64,000 bases of DNA from Bacteroidia bacterium (GCA_026414605.1 JAOAIP010000019.1:5242-69241); one strand, 5' to 3'. Counted from the stretch's first letter, positions 31,133 through 41,122 are shown. A program made the numbers and translations. The notes: a model not told the origin generated them from the sequence alone.

Positions 31133-32694
31133 AAAAAATCATTTTTATTGTATCAGCATTGTTTTTCACTATCTCTGCAAATGCTCAAGAGTTAGACAAT
31201 AAATTAATGCCTAAATTTTTAAAAGCCGAAGATCTTTTTGATGCAGGGAATTATTTATCCGCCATTCCTTTGTACAAAGAGGTTTTAGATAAAGCACCGC
31301 ACAACAAATTTGTAATGGCTAAATTAGCAGTATGTTACATTAAGACAAGAACCAATAGAGATCAATCTGTTAAACTCCTCGAAAAACTTGTTGAATCCAA
31401 AGATATAGATCCCAAAATTTGGTATTATCTTGGAAAAGCATACCATCTTAATAATAAATTAGACGACGCCATTGCTGCTTATGAAAATTACAAAACATTT
31501 AAATTAAAAAAGAAAGAAGTAGAAGATGTGAATAGACAAATAGAAATCTGTAAAAACGCAAAGCAACTAATGCAATACCCTGTAAATGTTATTTTTACAA
31601 ATATCGGAAAAGAAATTAATACAGAGTTTCCCGAATACTATCCATTTGTAGATGAAAACGAAACGACATTAGTGTTTACCTCACGTAGAAAAACCAATAT
31701 TGGTGGAGGAAGATCAGAAGCAGATGGTTACAGACCAAGTGATGTATGGATAAGCACTGTTAAAAATAATGTTTGGGATAAACCAATGAGTGCAGGAAAA
31801 GAAATCAACACTAAATTTGATGAAATGTGCGTGTTTCTTAATCCAGAAGGAAATGTAATGTTGGTTTATGTTGATAGAGGAGGAGAAAAATTCGGTGATC
31901 TTTATTTAAGTATGAAAGACAAAAAATCTCAATTTGGAAAACTAAAACCATTGCCAGAAATCATTAACGACCCTGATAAAATTGAATTGTCAGGATGTTT
32001 TAATAGAGATAGTTCTATTTTCTTTTTTGTAAGAAAAGATAAATTAGAAACAACATCAGATATTTTTATGGTGAAAAAATTACCCAATGGACAGTGGGGA
32101 CCACCTCAAAAATTACCAGAACAAATTAATACACCATACAATGAAGATTTCCCATACCTTGCCCCAGATGGTGTTACTTTTTATTTTGCATCAGAAGGAC
32201 ATAATAGCATGGGGGGCTACGATATATTTAAATCTATTTTTGATCCTGAAACAGGAAAATTTACTCCTGCTGAAAATCTCGGCTATCCAATTAACTCAAC
32301 CGATGATGATATGGGAATATGTGTTACAAAAAATAAAAAGATTGCTTATGTCAGTGCTTATCGTCCTACAGGATATGGAGACCTTGACATTTACCGAATC
32401 AAATTTATGGATGAAGAACAAGCCACAAAGATATTTAAAGGAAAAATTTTTATGAAAGATACCACACAAAAGATGAATCAACAAATTACTATCATTGCTA
32501 CCAATAAAAAAACAAGCGATGAGTATACATTTACGTCAAAAAACAATGGAGAATTTATTTTAGCATTAGAAGAAGGTGAATATACAATAAGTGTGGATAT
32601 AGACGGTTTTTTACCATTTAAGAAAGATATGAAAGTATCAGATATAGGTACAATTTCAGAAGAAGAATTGACGATTGTTCTTCAACCGAAATGA
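31129..32694 (+). CDS. TPR + PD40 + carboxypeptidase-regulatory-like protein; paralog of the preceding gene
   Basis: Shares KLPNGQWG.PQKLPEQINTPYNEDFP and SEGHNSMGGYD with the 29537 ORF. Confidence 0.8.
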   Translation: MKKIIFIVSALFFTISANAQELDNKLMPKFLKAEDLFDAGNYLSAIPLYKEVLDKAPHNKFVMAKLAVCYIKTRTNRDQSVKLLEKLVESKDIDPKIWYYLGKAYHLNNKLDDAIAAYENYKTFKLKKKEVEDVNRQIEICKNAKQLMQYPVNVIFTNIGKEINTEFPEYYPFVDENETTLVFTSRRKTNIGGGRSEADGYRPSDVWISTVKNNVWDKPMSAGKEINTKFDEMCVFLNPEGNVMLVYVDRGGEKFGDLYLSMKDKKSQFGKLKPLPEIINDPDKIELSGCFNRDSSIFFFVRKDKLETTSDIFMVKKLPNGQWGPPQKLPEQINTPYNEDFPYLAPDGVTFYFASEGHNSMGGYDIFKSIFDPETGKFTPAENLGYPINSTDDDMGICVTKNKKIAYVSAYRPTGYGDLDIYRIKFMDEEQATKIFKGKIFMKDTTQKMNQQITIIATNKKTSDEYTFTSKNNGEFILALEEGEYTISVDIDGFLPFKKDMKVSDIGTISEEELTIVLQPK

Positions 32695-32836
32695 ATTTTC
32701 TGTTTTTGCCGCTTCATTGTTAGGTATGCAAAAAAATCTCAACAACGTTTCTGAACATCCACAGCCCAGAATATGAGATCACTCCATTTTTTATCGTTTT
32801 AAAAAACAATTTGAAAATATAGATACATCTTTACAA

Positions 32837-33589
32837 ATGATTGGAAAAAGAAAAATACCTTATGATTTAGATGATCCAAGAACAACCCAACTTCACAGGG
32901 ATATTATCTTAAATACACCATTTTTGAAAAAAGTGTATCTGTATTGGTACAAAGAATTTGAAAAAGTAGTTCAAGAAAATCCAAAAGGACACTATTTGGA
33001 ATTAGGATCTGGTGGGGGCTTTTTGAAAGACCTCGTTCCCAACCTTATCACCTCTGATCTTCTGCCATTACCTTATGTAGATAAACAAATCAATGCAGAG
33101 CAATTGCCTTTTGAAAACGAATCTCTTAATGGTATTTTTTTACTCAATGTATTTCATCATATTCCAAGACCTTACTTGTTTCTCAAAGAAGCCGAAAGGT
33201 GCTTAAAACCCAATGGCAAAATTGTGATTATAGACCCTGCTAATACTTTGTTTTCAAGATGTATCTACAAGAAATTGCATCATGAACCTTTTGACGAAAA
33301 CGGTGGATTAACCATTGATGAAGGAAAGCCATTAAGCAATTCTAATCAAGCCCTGTCTTATATTTATTTTATTCGTGAAAAAAATAAATTTCAAAAAAAT
33401 TTTCCTCATCTGAAGATACTGAATATAAACTATCATACAACACTTTTGTATTTATTGAGTGGCGGAGTGTCTTATTATCCATTTGTGCCTTCATTTACAT
33501 TTGGTATATTTAATTTTGCAGAAAAAATTTTAAAACCAATTCAAAAACATACGGCTTTATTTCAAACAATCATTATTCAAAAACAATGA
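32837..33589 (+). CDS. Class I SAM-dependent methyltransferase-like protein
   Basis: LELGSGGG, NAEQLPF, VFHH, LKPNG. Confidence 0.85.
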   Translation: MIGKRKIPYDLDDPRTTQLHRDIILNTPFLKKVYLYWYKEFEKVVQENPKGHYLELGSGGGFLKDLVPNLITSDLLPLPYVDKQINAEQLPFENESLNGIFLLNVFHHIPRPYLFLKEAERCLKPNGKIVIIDPANTLFSRCIYKKLHHEPFDENGGLTIDEGKPLSNSNQALSYIYFIREKNKFQKNFPHLKILNINYHTTLLYLLSGGVSYYPFVPSFTFGIFNFAEKILKPIQKHTALFQTIIIQKQ

Positions 33590-35007
33590 AAAACGAATTA
33601 AAAAATATAAAAGAATATTTTAATCAATTGGCAATAAAGAGAAAAAATAAAACCTTAAATAGATATTATTGGAATGAAATAACTCGTTACATAGAATATT
33701 TTACACACGAATACGATTCTGTATTAGAAATTGGTTGTGGAAGCGGCGATCTTATTGCTAATATCAAAGGGAAACATAAAACAGGAATTGACTTTTCAGA
33801 AGAACAAATTAAATGGGCAAAGGAAAAATACGGACATTATTCCAACATAGAGTTTTTAGTAATGGATGCTAATAATTTGAACTTAAATCAAAAATACGAT
33901 CTTATCATTATTTCAAATGTAATAGGTTTTTTAGAAGACATTCAAAAGGTTTTTGAACAATTACACAAAGTAGCACATCCAAGAACCAAAATCATTGTTC
34001 AATACTATAACTCTTTTTGGGAACCATTTATAAAATTAGCAGAATTTATTGGGATTAAGAAAAAAACTCCTATTCAAAACTGGCTCACCAGCGACGATGT
34101 TAATAATTTACTTTACATTTCTGGATTTGAAGTGTATCGCAATACAAGACAAATGCTATTTCCTATATACATTCCTTTAATTTCAGAACTCTTAAATCGC
34201 TATATTGCTAAATTACCTATCATTCGTTATTTTAATCTTAATCATTATTCTTTTGCTCGCCCATTGCCTTGTAATACTTGCGAAGAATATTCTGTTTCTG
34301 TTGTTATTCCTGCTCGTAATGAAAGTGGAAATATTGAAAACGCTATTTTGAGAATGCCCCGCTTAGGTAAACATACAGAAATTATTTTTGTAGAAGGAAA
34401 CAGCACAGATGATACTTGGGAAAAAATTATTGATGTAAGCAATAAATATAAACATCAATGGGATATTAAATACTTCAAACAACCCGGAAAAGGCAAAGCA
34501 GATGCGGTAAGAGAAGGATTCAAACACGCTACAGGAGATATTTTGATGATTTTAGATGCTGACCTTACGGTACCACCCGAAGATTTACCAAAATTCTATA
34601 ATGCCATTGCTTCCAATAAAGGCGATTTTATCAATGGAACACGATTGGTTTATCCAATGGAAAAACAAGCAATGCGGTTTTTAAATTATTTGGGAAATCA
34701 GTTTTTTAGTTGGCTGTTTTCATTTTTATTAGAGCAAAAATTTAATGATACATTATGTGGTACCAAAGTGTTATTCAAAAAGGACTATGAGAAATTAATT
34801 AAAAATCGAGAATACTTTGGTGATTTTGATCCTTTTGGTGATTTTGATTTACTTTTTGGAGCACATAAATTAAATTTAAAAATCGTGGAAGTGCCCATAA
34901 AATATAGAGAAAGAGTTTATGGTACTACCAATATATCTCGTTTCAAACATGGATGGATACTTCTCAAAATGTGTGTTTTTGCCAGTAGAAAGTGTAAATT
35001 TATTTGA
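33586..35007 (+). CDS. Methyltransferase-like domain fused to a GT2 (DPM-synthase-like) glycosyltransferase
   Basis: VLEIGCGSG; SVVIPARNE, GNSTD, ILDADL, DTLCGTK, DPFGDFDL. Confidence 0.88.
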   Translation: MKNELKNIKEYFNQLAIKRKNKTLNRYYWNEITRYIEYFTHEYDSVLEIGCGSGDLIANIKGKHKTGIDFSEEQIKWAKEKYGHYSNIEFLVMDANNLNLNQKYDLIIISNVIGFLEDIQKVFEQLHKVAHPRTKIIVQYYNSFWEPFIKLAEFIGIKKKTPIQNWLTSDDVNNLLYISGFEVYRNTRQMLFPIYIPLISELLNRYIAKLPIIRYFNLNHYSFARPLPCNTCEEYSVSVVIPARNESGNIENAILRMPRLGKHTEIIFVEGNSTDDTWEKIIDVSNKYKHQWDIKYFKQPGKGKADAVREGFKHATGDILMILDADLTVPPEDLPKFYNAIASNKGDFINGTRLVYPMEKQAMRFLNYLGNQFFSWLFSFLLEQKFNDTLCGTKVLFKKDYEKLIKNREYFGDFDPFGDFDLLFGAHKLNLKIVEVPIKYRERVYGTTNISRFKHGWILLKMCVFASRKCKFI

Positions 35008-35009
35008 TA

Positions 35010-35879
35010 ATGTATTACCTTGTTTATAGTATAATATTTGTATTATCTCTATTACCATTGCGAGTTTTATATTTAATTTCAGATGCTTTGGCACTTATTC
35101 TGTATTATATCTTAAGATATAGAAGAAGCGTAGTGCGTAATAATTTGATAAATGCTTTCCCAGAAAAATCAATAGATGAAATTACTCGGATAGAAAAAAA
35201 TTTTTATCGCTTTTTTACACAATGGATAGTTGAAACATTAAAATTAGTTTCTATTTCTCCTTCCGAATTAAAGAAAAGATGTATTTATACAGATCAATTT
35301 AAATCTATATTTGCTAAATATTATCAAGAAAATAAAAGTATAATGGCCTTAATGGGACATATTGGAAATTGGGAATGGGCAGGATCCTCTTTTCCTCTTT
35401 ACTTTAATCAAAAACTCATTGTTCTTTATCATCCATTGTCTAATAAAATTTTTGATCGTTTGATGATTCGTATCCGATCTCGTTTTGGAACAGAATTGTT
35501 GCCGATGCAAAGGGCTACCAGATATATTTTATCACATATTAAAGAAAAGCAAGTATATGCTTTCATTGCAGATCAATGTCCCTCTTTGCACAATGCTTTT
35601 TGGATGGAATTTTTGAATCAAGACACTGCGGTTTATTTTGGTCCAGAAAAAATTATGCACAAAACCCACCTTGTTCCTGTAATAGTTATTGTTTATCCAC
35701 ATCCAAATCAACGAGGACATTATATTATTGATGCAGAAGAAATAAAAAATACTGAAACAGAACTTGATACCTACCCCATAATGCATCAATTTATGAAAAA
35801 ATTAGAATCTGCTATTCAAAAGTATCCTGAATATTGGTTGTGGTCTCATAAGAGATGGAAGTTAAAACGACCCTCTTGA
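35010..35879 (+). CDS. Lipid A late acyltransferase (LpxL/HtrB family)
   Basis: GHIGNWE, FIADQ, PEYWLWSHKRWK. Confidence 0.92.
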   Translation: MYYLVYSIIFVLSLLPLRVLYLISDALALILYYILRYRRSVVRNNLINAFPEKSIDEITRIEKNFYRFFTQWIVETLKLVSISPSELKKRCIYTDQFKSIFAKYYQENKSIMALMGHIGNWEWAGSSFPLYFNQKLIVLYHPLSNKIFDRLMIRIRSRFGTELLPMQRATRYILSHIKEKQVYAFIADQCPSLHNAFWMEFLNQDTAVYFGPEKIMHKTHLVPVIVIVYPHPNQRGHYIIDAEEIKNTETELDTYPIMHQFMKKLESAIQKYPEYWLWSHKRWKLKRPS

Positions 35880-35890
35880 AAAGGACGATT

Positions 35891-36286
35891 TAGGGTTTGG
35901 TGAAAAAGCCAAAATTTACTTTCATAAAAATTAAATTATGGTTTCATAAAAAATCCGCCGAAGGCGGATAAATGTGAATAGCCATCGGTGAAACCGATGG
36001 TAAAAAGCAACATATTTATTTACAACTCTGAAAGGGTTGAATAAAAAACAAAAAATATCTTTTGTAGAACATTCAACCCCTTCGGGGTTGCAAAATTTAT
36101 TACCTTTTTATACCCCCAATTTCATTGGGGGCTATTCACATTTAATCCCTTCGGGATAATTTTTTTAAAATTAAAACAAGTGCAAGGATTTTTAGAAAAT
36201 TTGATAAAACGATTGCACAAAAAAAACAAAAAACGCATGGTAACTTAATAAATATCAATTAATTGAAACTTTTTCATCAAACCCTA
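35891..36286. mobile_element. MITE-like element with 18-bp terminal inverted repeats
   Basis: TAGGGTTTGGTGAAAAAG (35891-35908) vs CTTTTTCATCAAACCCTA (36269-36286), 17/18 match; no ORF inside. Confidence 0.75.
35953..36157. repeat. Inverted doublet of ~90-bp three-hairpin REP units (REPIN-like)
   Basis: Units at 35953-36042 and 36071-36157; each has three GAA-loop hairpins and both share TAAATGTGAATAGCC. Confidence 0.85.
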
Positions 36287-36437
36287 TTTAAATGCAAATG
36301 ATTTTTATTTCTTAAACTCAGGATATCAGCCGATCATCTTTTTTATTTACCATTCATAAAATTTAACCAAATTCTATTAAAAAACAGCATTCTAAATGTA
36401 AATTAAAATCTGTATTTTTGTAACAAAATTTAGTATT

Positions 36438-38831
36438 ATGAGAAAAATCTATTTAATTGTCGCTGCGGGCATTAGTGTAGGACTAATGTTTGCACAAAGT
36501 GGAAGAAAAGCAACTTTTACAAAAGCGACATCGGCAACTCCTGCTACAATGGTTCAAGAACAACCCATTAAAAGAACGTGCGGAACAGTGGCGCCTCCTG
36601 TTGAATGGGAAGAGCAATTTCAAAAACTAATTGAACAGTATGTAAAAGACCATCCAGAAATTATGAATGGAAGAGTATATACGAACTATACTATTCCAAT
36701 TGTATTCCATGTTGTTCACGGAGGTCAAGCAATAGGAACTTATCCTAATTTAGCACAAGGACAAATTAACTCTCAAGTGCAAGTATTGAATGCTGATTAT
36801 TCGGGAACGGGTTTAAATGTTGGTAATTATCCATCTAATGCTTTTGTCAATTATGCCGCTTCATTGCCTGCAGCCAATAAAGATGCCAATGGTAGAGTAA
36901 AAATAGCCAATACAGGAATTCAATTCTGCTTAGCAACCAAAGACCCCAATGGCAATACATTAGCCGAACCAGGTATTGATAGAATCAATTATGTAAGTAA
37001 AGGTTGGAGCAATCCTGCTTCTTTCACTTCTGTATCTGCTTTTCAAAGTTTTATAGATGGTACGGTAAAACCAAATACAATTTGGGACCCCACCCGATAC
37101 TTTAATGTTTGGGTTACAGATGTAAGTACCAGTGTTGGGTTACTTGGTTATGCTACTTTTCCAGCAGGTACGGGATTAACAGGGCTTTCAGGTTTTGGTA
37201 CTGCTACTACCGATGGCGTTTGGATTTGGGCAAAAGCATGCGGTTCAAAAAACATCTATCCATCCGGTACTTATGCAGCCCCTTATGATAAAGGTAGAAC
37301 ACTTACACACGAGGCAGGTCACTGGCTGGGCTTAAGACATATTTGGGGCGATGGAACTTGTGCAACAGATTATTGTGCAGATACTCCTCCTGCTCAGACA
37401 TCTAATAATGGTTGCCCAACTTATCCTTATCATGTAGGAACTTGTTCAGGAAATTCTCCTGATGGAGAAATGTTTATGAACTTTATGGATTATACAGATG
37501 ATGCATGTATGTATATGTTTACTGTTGATCAAACTACGAGAATGCAAACAGCTATGGCAAATGGTACTTATAGAAGTCAATTAACGGCTTCTAGTGCTAC
37601 ACTGTGTGGATCTTCTTCACCCGCAGCTAATGCTTGTTTTACAATGCCTTCTACAGGATGTATCAATACTGCCATTAACTTAACGAACTGTTCCACCGGT
37701 AGTCCTACACCAACTTATACATGGACTGCGAATCCTAATACAGGAGTTACTTTTAATCCTAACCAAAATGCTACTAATCCATCGGTTACTTTTGCTAATA
37801 CCGGTTCTTATACCATTACACTTACAGCAAGTAATGGAACAGTGAGCACATCTTCGCATGTGATTAGTATTTCTTCTTGTGTAACACAAACAGTATGTAA
37901 TGACACTATCACTAACATTAGAAATACAGATACTTTAGTCGCTTACACATTACCTACTAGTACTGCTTGTACAACTGGAGGATTTATTTCTGGTAATAAC
38001 TGCTATGGCGATCTTGAAAAAGCAGAGTTTTTTGCACCATCAACGTATACACAAGTACAACCCGCTCAGTTCATCACAGGAGTAATTGTTCTTTTCTATA
38101 AAAATGGAAATGTGGGAACAGGAGGTTCTTCAACAGGTAGAGTAGATATGACAATATACAATGGAGATGGCACAAGCGGTCCAGGAACTGCTGTTGCAAC
38201 CGTTACAGCCAACTTGGGTATGATAACAGCAGGTACACCCACAACCAAGGTAACTTATTGCGGTGACCCCAATTTGGGTTATTCTCAGCCAATTATTCTT
38301 CCATACAAGTATACCTTTACTACTCCTGTTGGTCCACTATCAAGCTCAACACCAAATGGTTTCTTTGCGTCTGTGGTCTTACCTACAACAAGCGGAGATA
38401 CCGCAGTGATATTTAATAATACCATTGGTTCAAATCCAACAAATACTATGTGGGAAAAATGGAACACAAATGCTTGGTATGCTTACAATGATGCTACTAA
38501 TAGTTGGGGCATAGATTTAAATGGAGCGATTTTACCAATTCTCACTTGTACTACTGGTAAAGATGAAATAAGCACCTTTGCTAATAACATTATGATTGTG
38601 CCCAACCCATCTAATGGTATATTCAATATCGTTACAACATTTAATGAAAAACAAAACATTAAGTTTGAAGTAATGAATACACTCGGTCAGGTATTAAATA
38701 GTGGTGAGTTCCAAAATGTAATGAGTAATCATCTTACTATTAACTTAAGCAATTACCAAAATGGAATTTATTTCTTAAGAATAACCAATGGATCTGAAAC
38801 ATTAGTAAAACGTATTGTTATCAACAAATAA
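36438..38831 (+). CDS. M43 (pappalysin/ulilysin-like) zinc metalloprotease with PKD domain and T9SS type A CTD
   Basis: Cys-switch RTCG, HEAGHWLGLRH, Met-turn NFMDY, PKD, PNPSNG...GIYFLRI....KRIVINK. Confidence 0.93.
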   Translation: MRKIYLIVAAGISVGLMFAQSGRKATFTKATSATPATMVQEQPIKRTCGTVAPPVEWEEQFQKLIEQYVKDHPEIMNGRVYTNYTIPIVFHVVHGGQAIGTYPNLAQGQINSQVQVLNADYSGTGLNVGNYPSNAFVNYAASLPAANKDANGRVKIANTGIQFCLATKDPNGNTLAEPGIDRINYVSKGWSNPASFTSVSAFQSFIDGTVKPNTIWDPTRYFNVWVTDVSTSVGLLGYATFPAGTGLTGLSGFGTATTDGVWIWAKACGSKNIYPSGTYAAPYDKGRTLTHEAGHWLGLRHIWGDGTCATDYCADTPPAQTSNNGCPTYPYHVGTCSGNSPDGEMFMNFMDYTDDACMYMFTVDQTTRMQTAMANGTYRSQLTASSATLCGSSSPAANACFTMPSTGCINTAINLTNCSTGSPTPTYTWTANPNTGVTFNPNQNATNPSVTFANTGSYTITLTASNGTVSTSSHVISISSCVTQTVCNDTITNIRNTDTLVAYTLPTSTACTTGGFISGNNCYGDLEKAEFFAPSTYTQVQPAQFITGVIVLFYKNGNVGTGGSSTGRVDMTIYNGDGTSGPGTAVATVTANLGMITAGTPTTKVTYCGDPNLGYSQPIILPYKYTFTTPVGPLSSSTPNGFFASVVLPTTSGDTAVIFNNTIGSNPTNTMWEKWNTNAWYAYNDATNSWGIDLNGAILPILTCTTGKDEISTFANNIMIVPNPSNGIFNIVTTFNEKQNIKFEVMNTLGQVLNSGEFQNVMSNHLTINLSNYQNGIYFLRITNGSETLVKRIVINK

Positions 38832-38851
38832 TCTTGATGAATGGTATAATT

Positions 38852-38880
38852 AAACGGGGAACTTTATGTTCCCCGTTTTT
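38852..38880 (+). terminator. Intrinsic terminator
   Basis: AAACGGGGAAC-TTTAT-GTTCCCCGTTTTT. Confidence 0.85.
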
Positions 38881-38913
38881 GTTTTAAATGATGCGTGTTT
38901 ACGGGATTATTTT

Positions 38914-39048
38914 ACTACAAAGAACACATTAGTAAAAAGTGAAAAGTATAAAGTTTGAAAGTAAAAGGAAATATTTTTCAATATAATGATGTAGCGTTTT
39001 AATACTTTTCACTTTTTACTAATTATTTTCTTTGTGTCTTTTGTGATT
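38914..39048. repeat. Inverted heptamer array element, copy 2, nested in CACAAAG-type arms
   Basis: ACTACAAAGAACACA-TTAGT-AAAAAGT-GAAAAGT-ATAAAGT ... ACTTTTC-ACTTTTT-ACTAA ... CTTTGTGTCTTTTGTGATT. Confidence 0.75.
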
Positions 39049-39174
39049 AAGTGTGAAGTAGCATAATAGATATGATATTTTATCCTTAAATTTTGTTATT
39101 AAGACATAACAAATCAACGTAAAACAGCAATAATTAAAATGGAATTGTTTAAATTTGACCGCAAATAAACCATT

Positions 39175-39684
39175 ATGTATCAGATATTCTTTGATGGAGA
39201 TAAAAAAATAAATGTTGAACTCAATTTGAAAAACAATCAAATTTCAGGAAAAATAGACAATGTAAATTTTTCAGCAGAATTACAACAAACGCATAAATAC
39301 GAATACTTCATTCGCTATCAAAATCAATCCTTTAATATCCTGTTATTAAAAGCATTTCCAGAAGAAAAAAAATTAGTGCTTAAAATAAACGGCAAACGAG
39401 TAGAGGTTTCTGTAAAAGACAAATTTGATTTATTACTTGAACAACTCGGAATGGACAAATTAAGCCACAAAAAAATTGATAGCATTAAAGCCCCAATGCC
39501 AGGGTTGGTCTTGAATGTTTTAGTGAGTGAAGGTCAAGCCGTAAAAAAGGGAGATACTCTGCTTATCCTTGAAGCAATGAAAATGGAAAATGCCTTAAAA
39601 TCGCCCGCAGATGGAGTAATCAAAAAAGTGGTGGTAAGCAAAGGCACGGCTGTAGAAAAAAATCAATTATTAATAGAATTTTAA
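39175..39684 (+). CDS. Biotin carboxyl carrier protein (acyl-CoA carboxylase subunit)
   Basis: KAPMPG and EAMKMEN biotinylation motif. Confidence 0.93.
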   Translation: MYQIFFDGDKKINVELNLKNNQISGKIDNVNFSAELQQTHKYEYFIRYQNQSFNILLLKAFPEEKKLVLKINGKRVEVSVKDKFDLLLEQLGMDKLSHKKIDSIKAPMPGLVLNVLVSEGQAVKKGDTLLILEAMKMENALKSPADGVIKKVVVSKGTAVEKNQLLIEF

Positions 39685-39695
39685 TCCTAAAACCT

Positions 39696-40472
39696 ATGAA
39701 ACAAAATAGAAGACAATTTTTGATTACAACATCCTTTGCAACTTTTGGATTGTTTTTGAACAAGTCCTGGCTTTTTGCAAGTAATGCAAAGGTATCTTTT
39801 GAAACAGATTTTAATTCAATGGATGCATTTTTAGATAAAGATTTTTTAGATGAATATCCTTATTCGTTGCCAAAACTTCCTTACTCTTACGATGCATTAG
39901 ATCCCTTTATTGATAAAATGACAATGGAAATTCATCATACCAAGCATCATCAAGCGTATATCAACAATCTCAATAAAGCATTGGAAAATCAAAGTTTTAA
40001 TAAAGCCCCATTAGTAGAATTATTCAAAAAAGTATCTACTCTTGATAAATCTATTCGTAATAATGGCGGAGGACATTACAATCACACTTTGTTTTGGCAA
40101 ATGTTAAAGCCCAATCCAAACAATGCTGAAAACTTACCATCTGAAAAAATCATAGATGCTATTAAAAAACACTTTGGTTCATTTGATACTTTTAAAAAAG
40201 AATTTTCTGATAAGGCACTCAAACTCTTTGGAAGTGGCTGGTGTTGGTTAATAAAAGACAAACAAAATAAATTAAAAATTGTAACAACGCCCAATCAAGA
40301 TAACCCACTAATGGATGTAATAGATGAAAAAGACAGAGGACTGCCTTTATTAGGCATTGATGTTTGGGAACACGCTTACTATTTGAAATATCAAAATAGA
40401 AGAGTAGAATACATTGACAATTTTTGGAAAATAATTAATTGGGATTTTGTAGAAAAAAGAATGAATGCATAA
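39696..40472 (+). CDS. Fe/Mn superoxide dismutase (Mn-type signature) with a Tat-like signal
   Basis: HHTKHH, NNGGGHYNH, NQD, DVWEHAYY; N-terminal NRRQFL. Confidence 0.93.
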   Translation: MKQNRRQFLITTSFATFGLFLNKSWLFASNAKVSFETDFNSMDAFLDKDFLDEYPYSLPKLPYSYDALDPFIDKMTMEIHHTKHHQAYINNLNKALENQSFNKAPLVELFKKVSTLDKSIRNNGGGHYNHTLFWQMLKPNPNNAENLPSEKIIDAIKKHFGSFDTFKKEFSDKALKLFGSGWCWLIKDKQNKLKIVTTPNQDNPLMDVIDEKDRGLPLLGIDVWEHAYYLKYQNRRVEYIDNFWKIINWDFVEKRMNA

Positions 40473-40497
40473 AAAATAGAATGATATTAAAATTAAA

Positions 40498-40908
40498 ATG
40501 AAAACATCTGTAGTAAAAAAAATTACATTTTGTGCGGCTCACCGCTTGCACAATCCCAATTGGGACGATGCTACCAATCAAAAAATTTTTGGTAAATGCA
40601 ATCATCCTAATTATCACGGACATAATTATGAATTGCACGTTAAAGTTACAGGTGATATTGATAAAGAAACAGGATTTGTTATTGATTTGAATGTATTAAG
40701 TGATATTGTCAAAAAAGAAATTCATCAAAAATTTGATCACAAAAACTTGAATTTGGATTTAAGAGAATTTAAACATCTCAATCCTACTGCGGAAAACATT
40801 GCTGTTGTGATTTATAATATATTAAGACCCAAAATAGATGCTCATTTGGACTTGCAAATTATTCTCTATGAAACACCCCGTAATTATGTGATTTATCCTG
40901 AAAAATAA
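40498..40908 (+). CDS. queD: 6-carboxytetrahydropterin / 6-pyruvoyltetrahydropterin synthase
   Basis: AAHRL, GKC....HGHNY, DHKNLN, PTAEN, ETP. Confidence 0.88.
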   Translation: MKTSVVKKITFCAAHRLHNPNWDDATNQKIFGKCNHPNYHGHNYELHVKVTGDIDKETGFVIDLNVLSDIVKKEIHQKFDHKNLNLDLREFKHLNPTAENIAVVIYNILRPKIDAHLDLQIILYETPRNYVIYPEK

Positions 40909-41122
40909 AACAACAACAATAATCAATCAATTTGATGACGAACATCTTCCACTATGAAACTTTTAAACAAACTTTCTAATCATTTTAACTAAACATTTTT
41001 TATTCATTGAAATTGTTCCGCATCTCTAACTCTATTAAAGAGAGGAAATTAAAAGAGAGCGAGTTAATCAACTAACTACTAACAATTATTTCCTACATTT
41101 GTCATTCAAAATAAAATAATAA

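Noticed and set aside
32726..32802. Two tiny ORFs upstream of the methyltransferase (possible leader peptides or a frameshifted 5' end)
   Set aside because: No attenuator structure or informative codon runs; expected by chance.
41020..41090. Purine/pyrimidine-skewed stretch upstream of plsY resembling a decayed palindromic repeat
   Set aside because: Too degenerate to define arms or assign to a repeat family.
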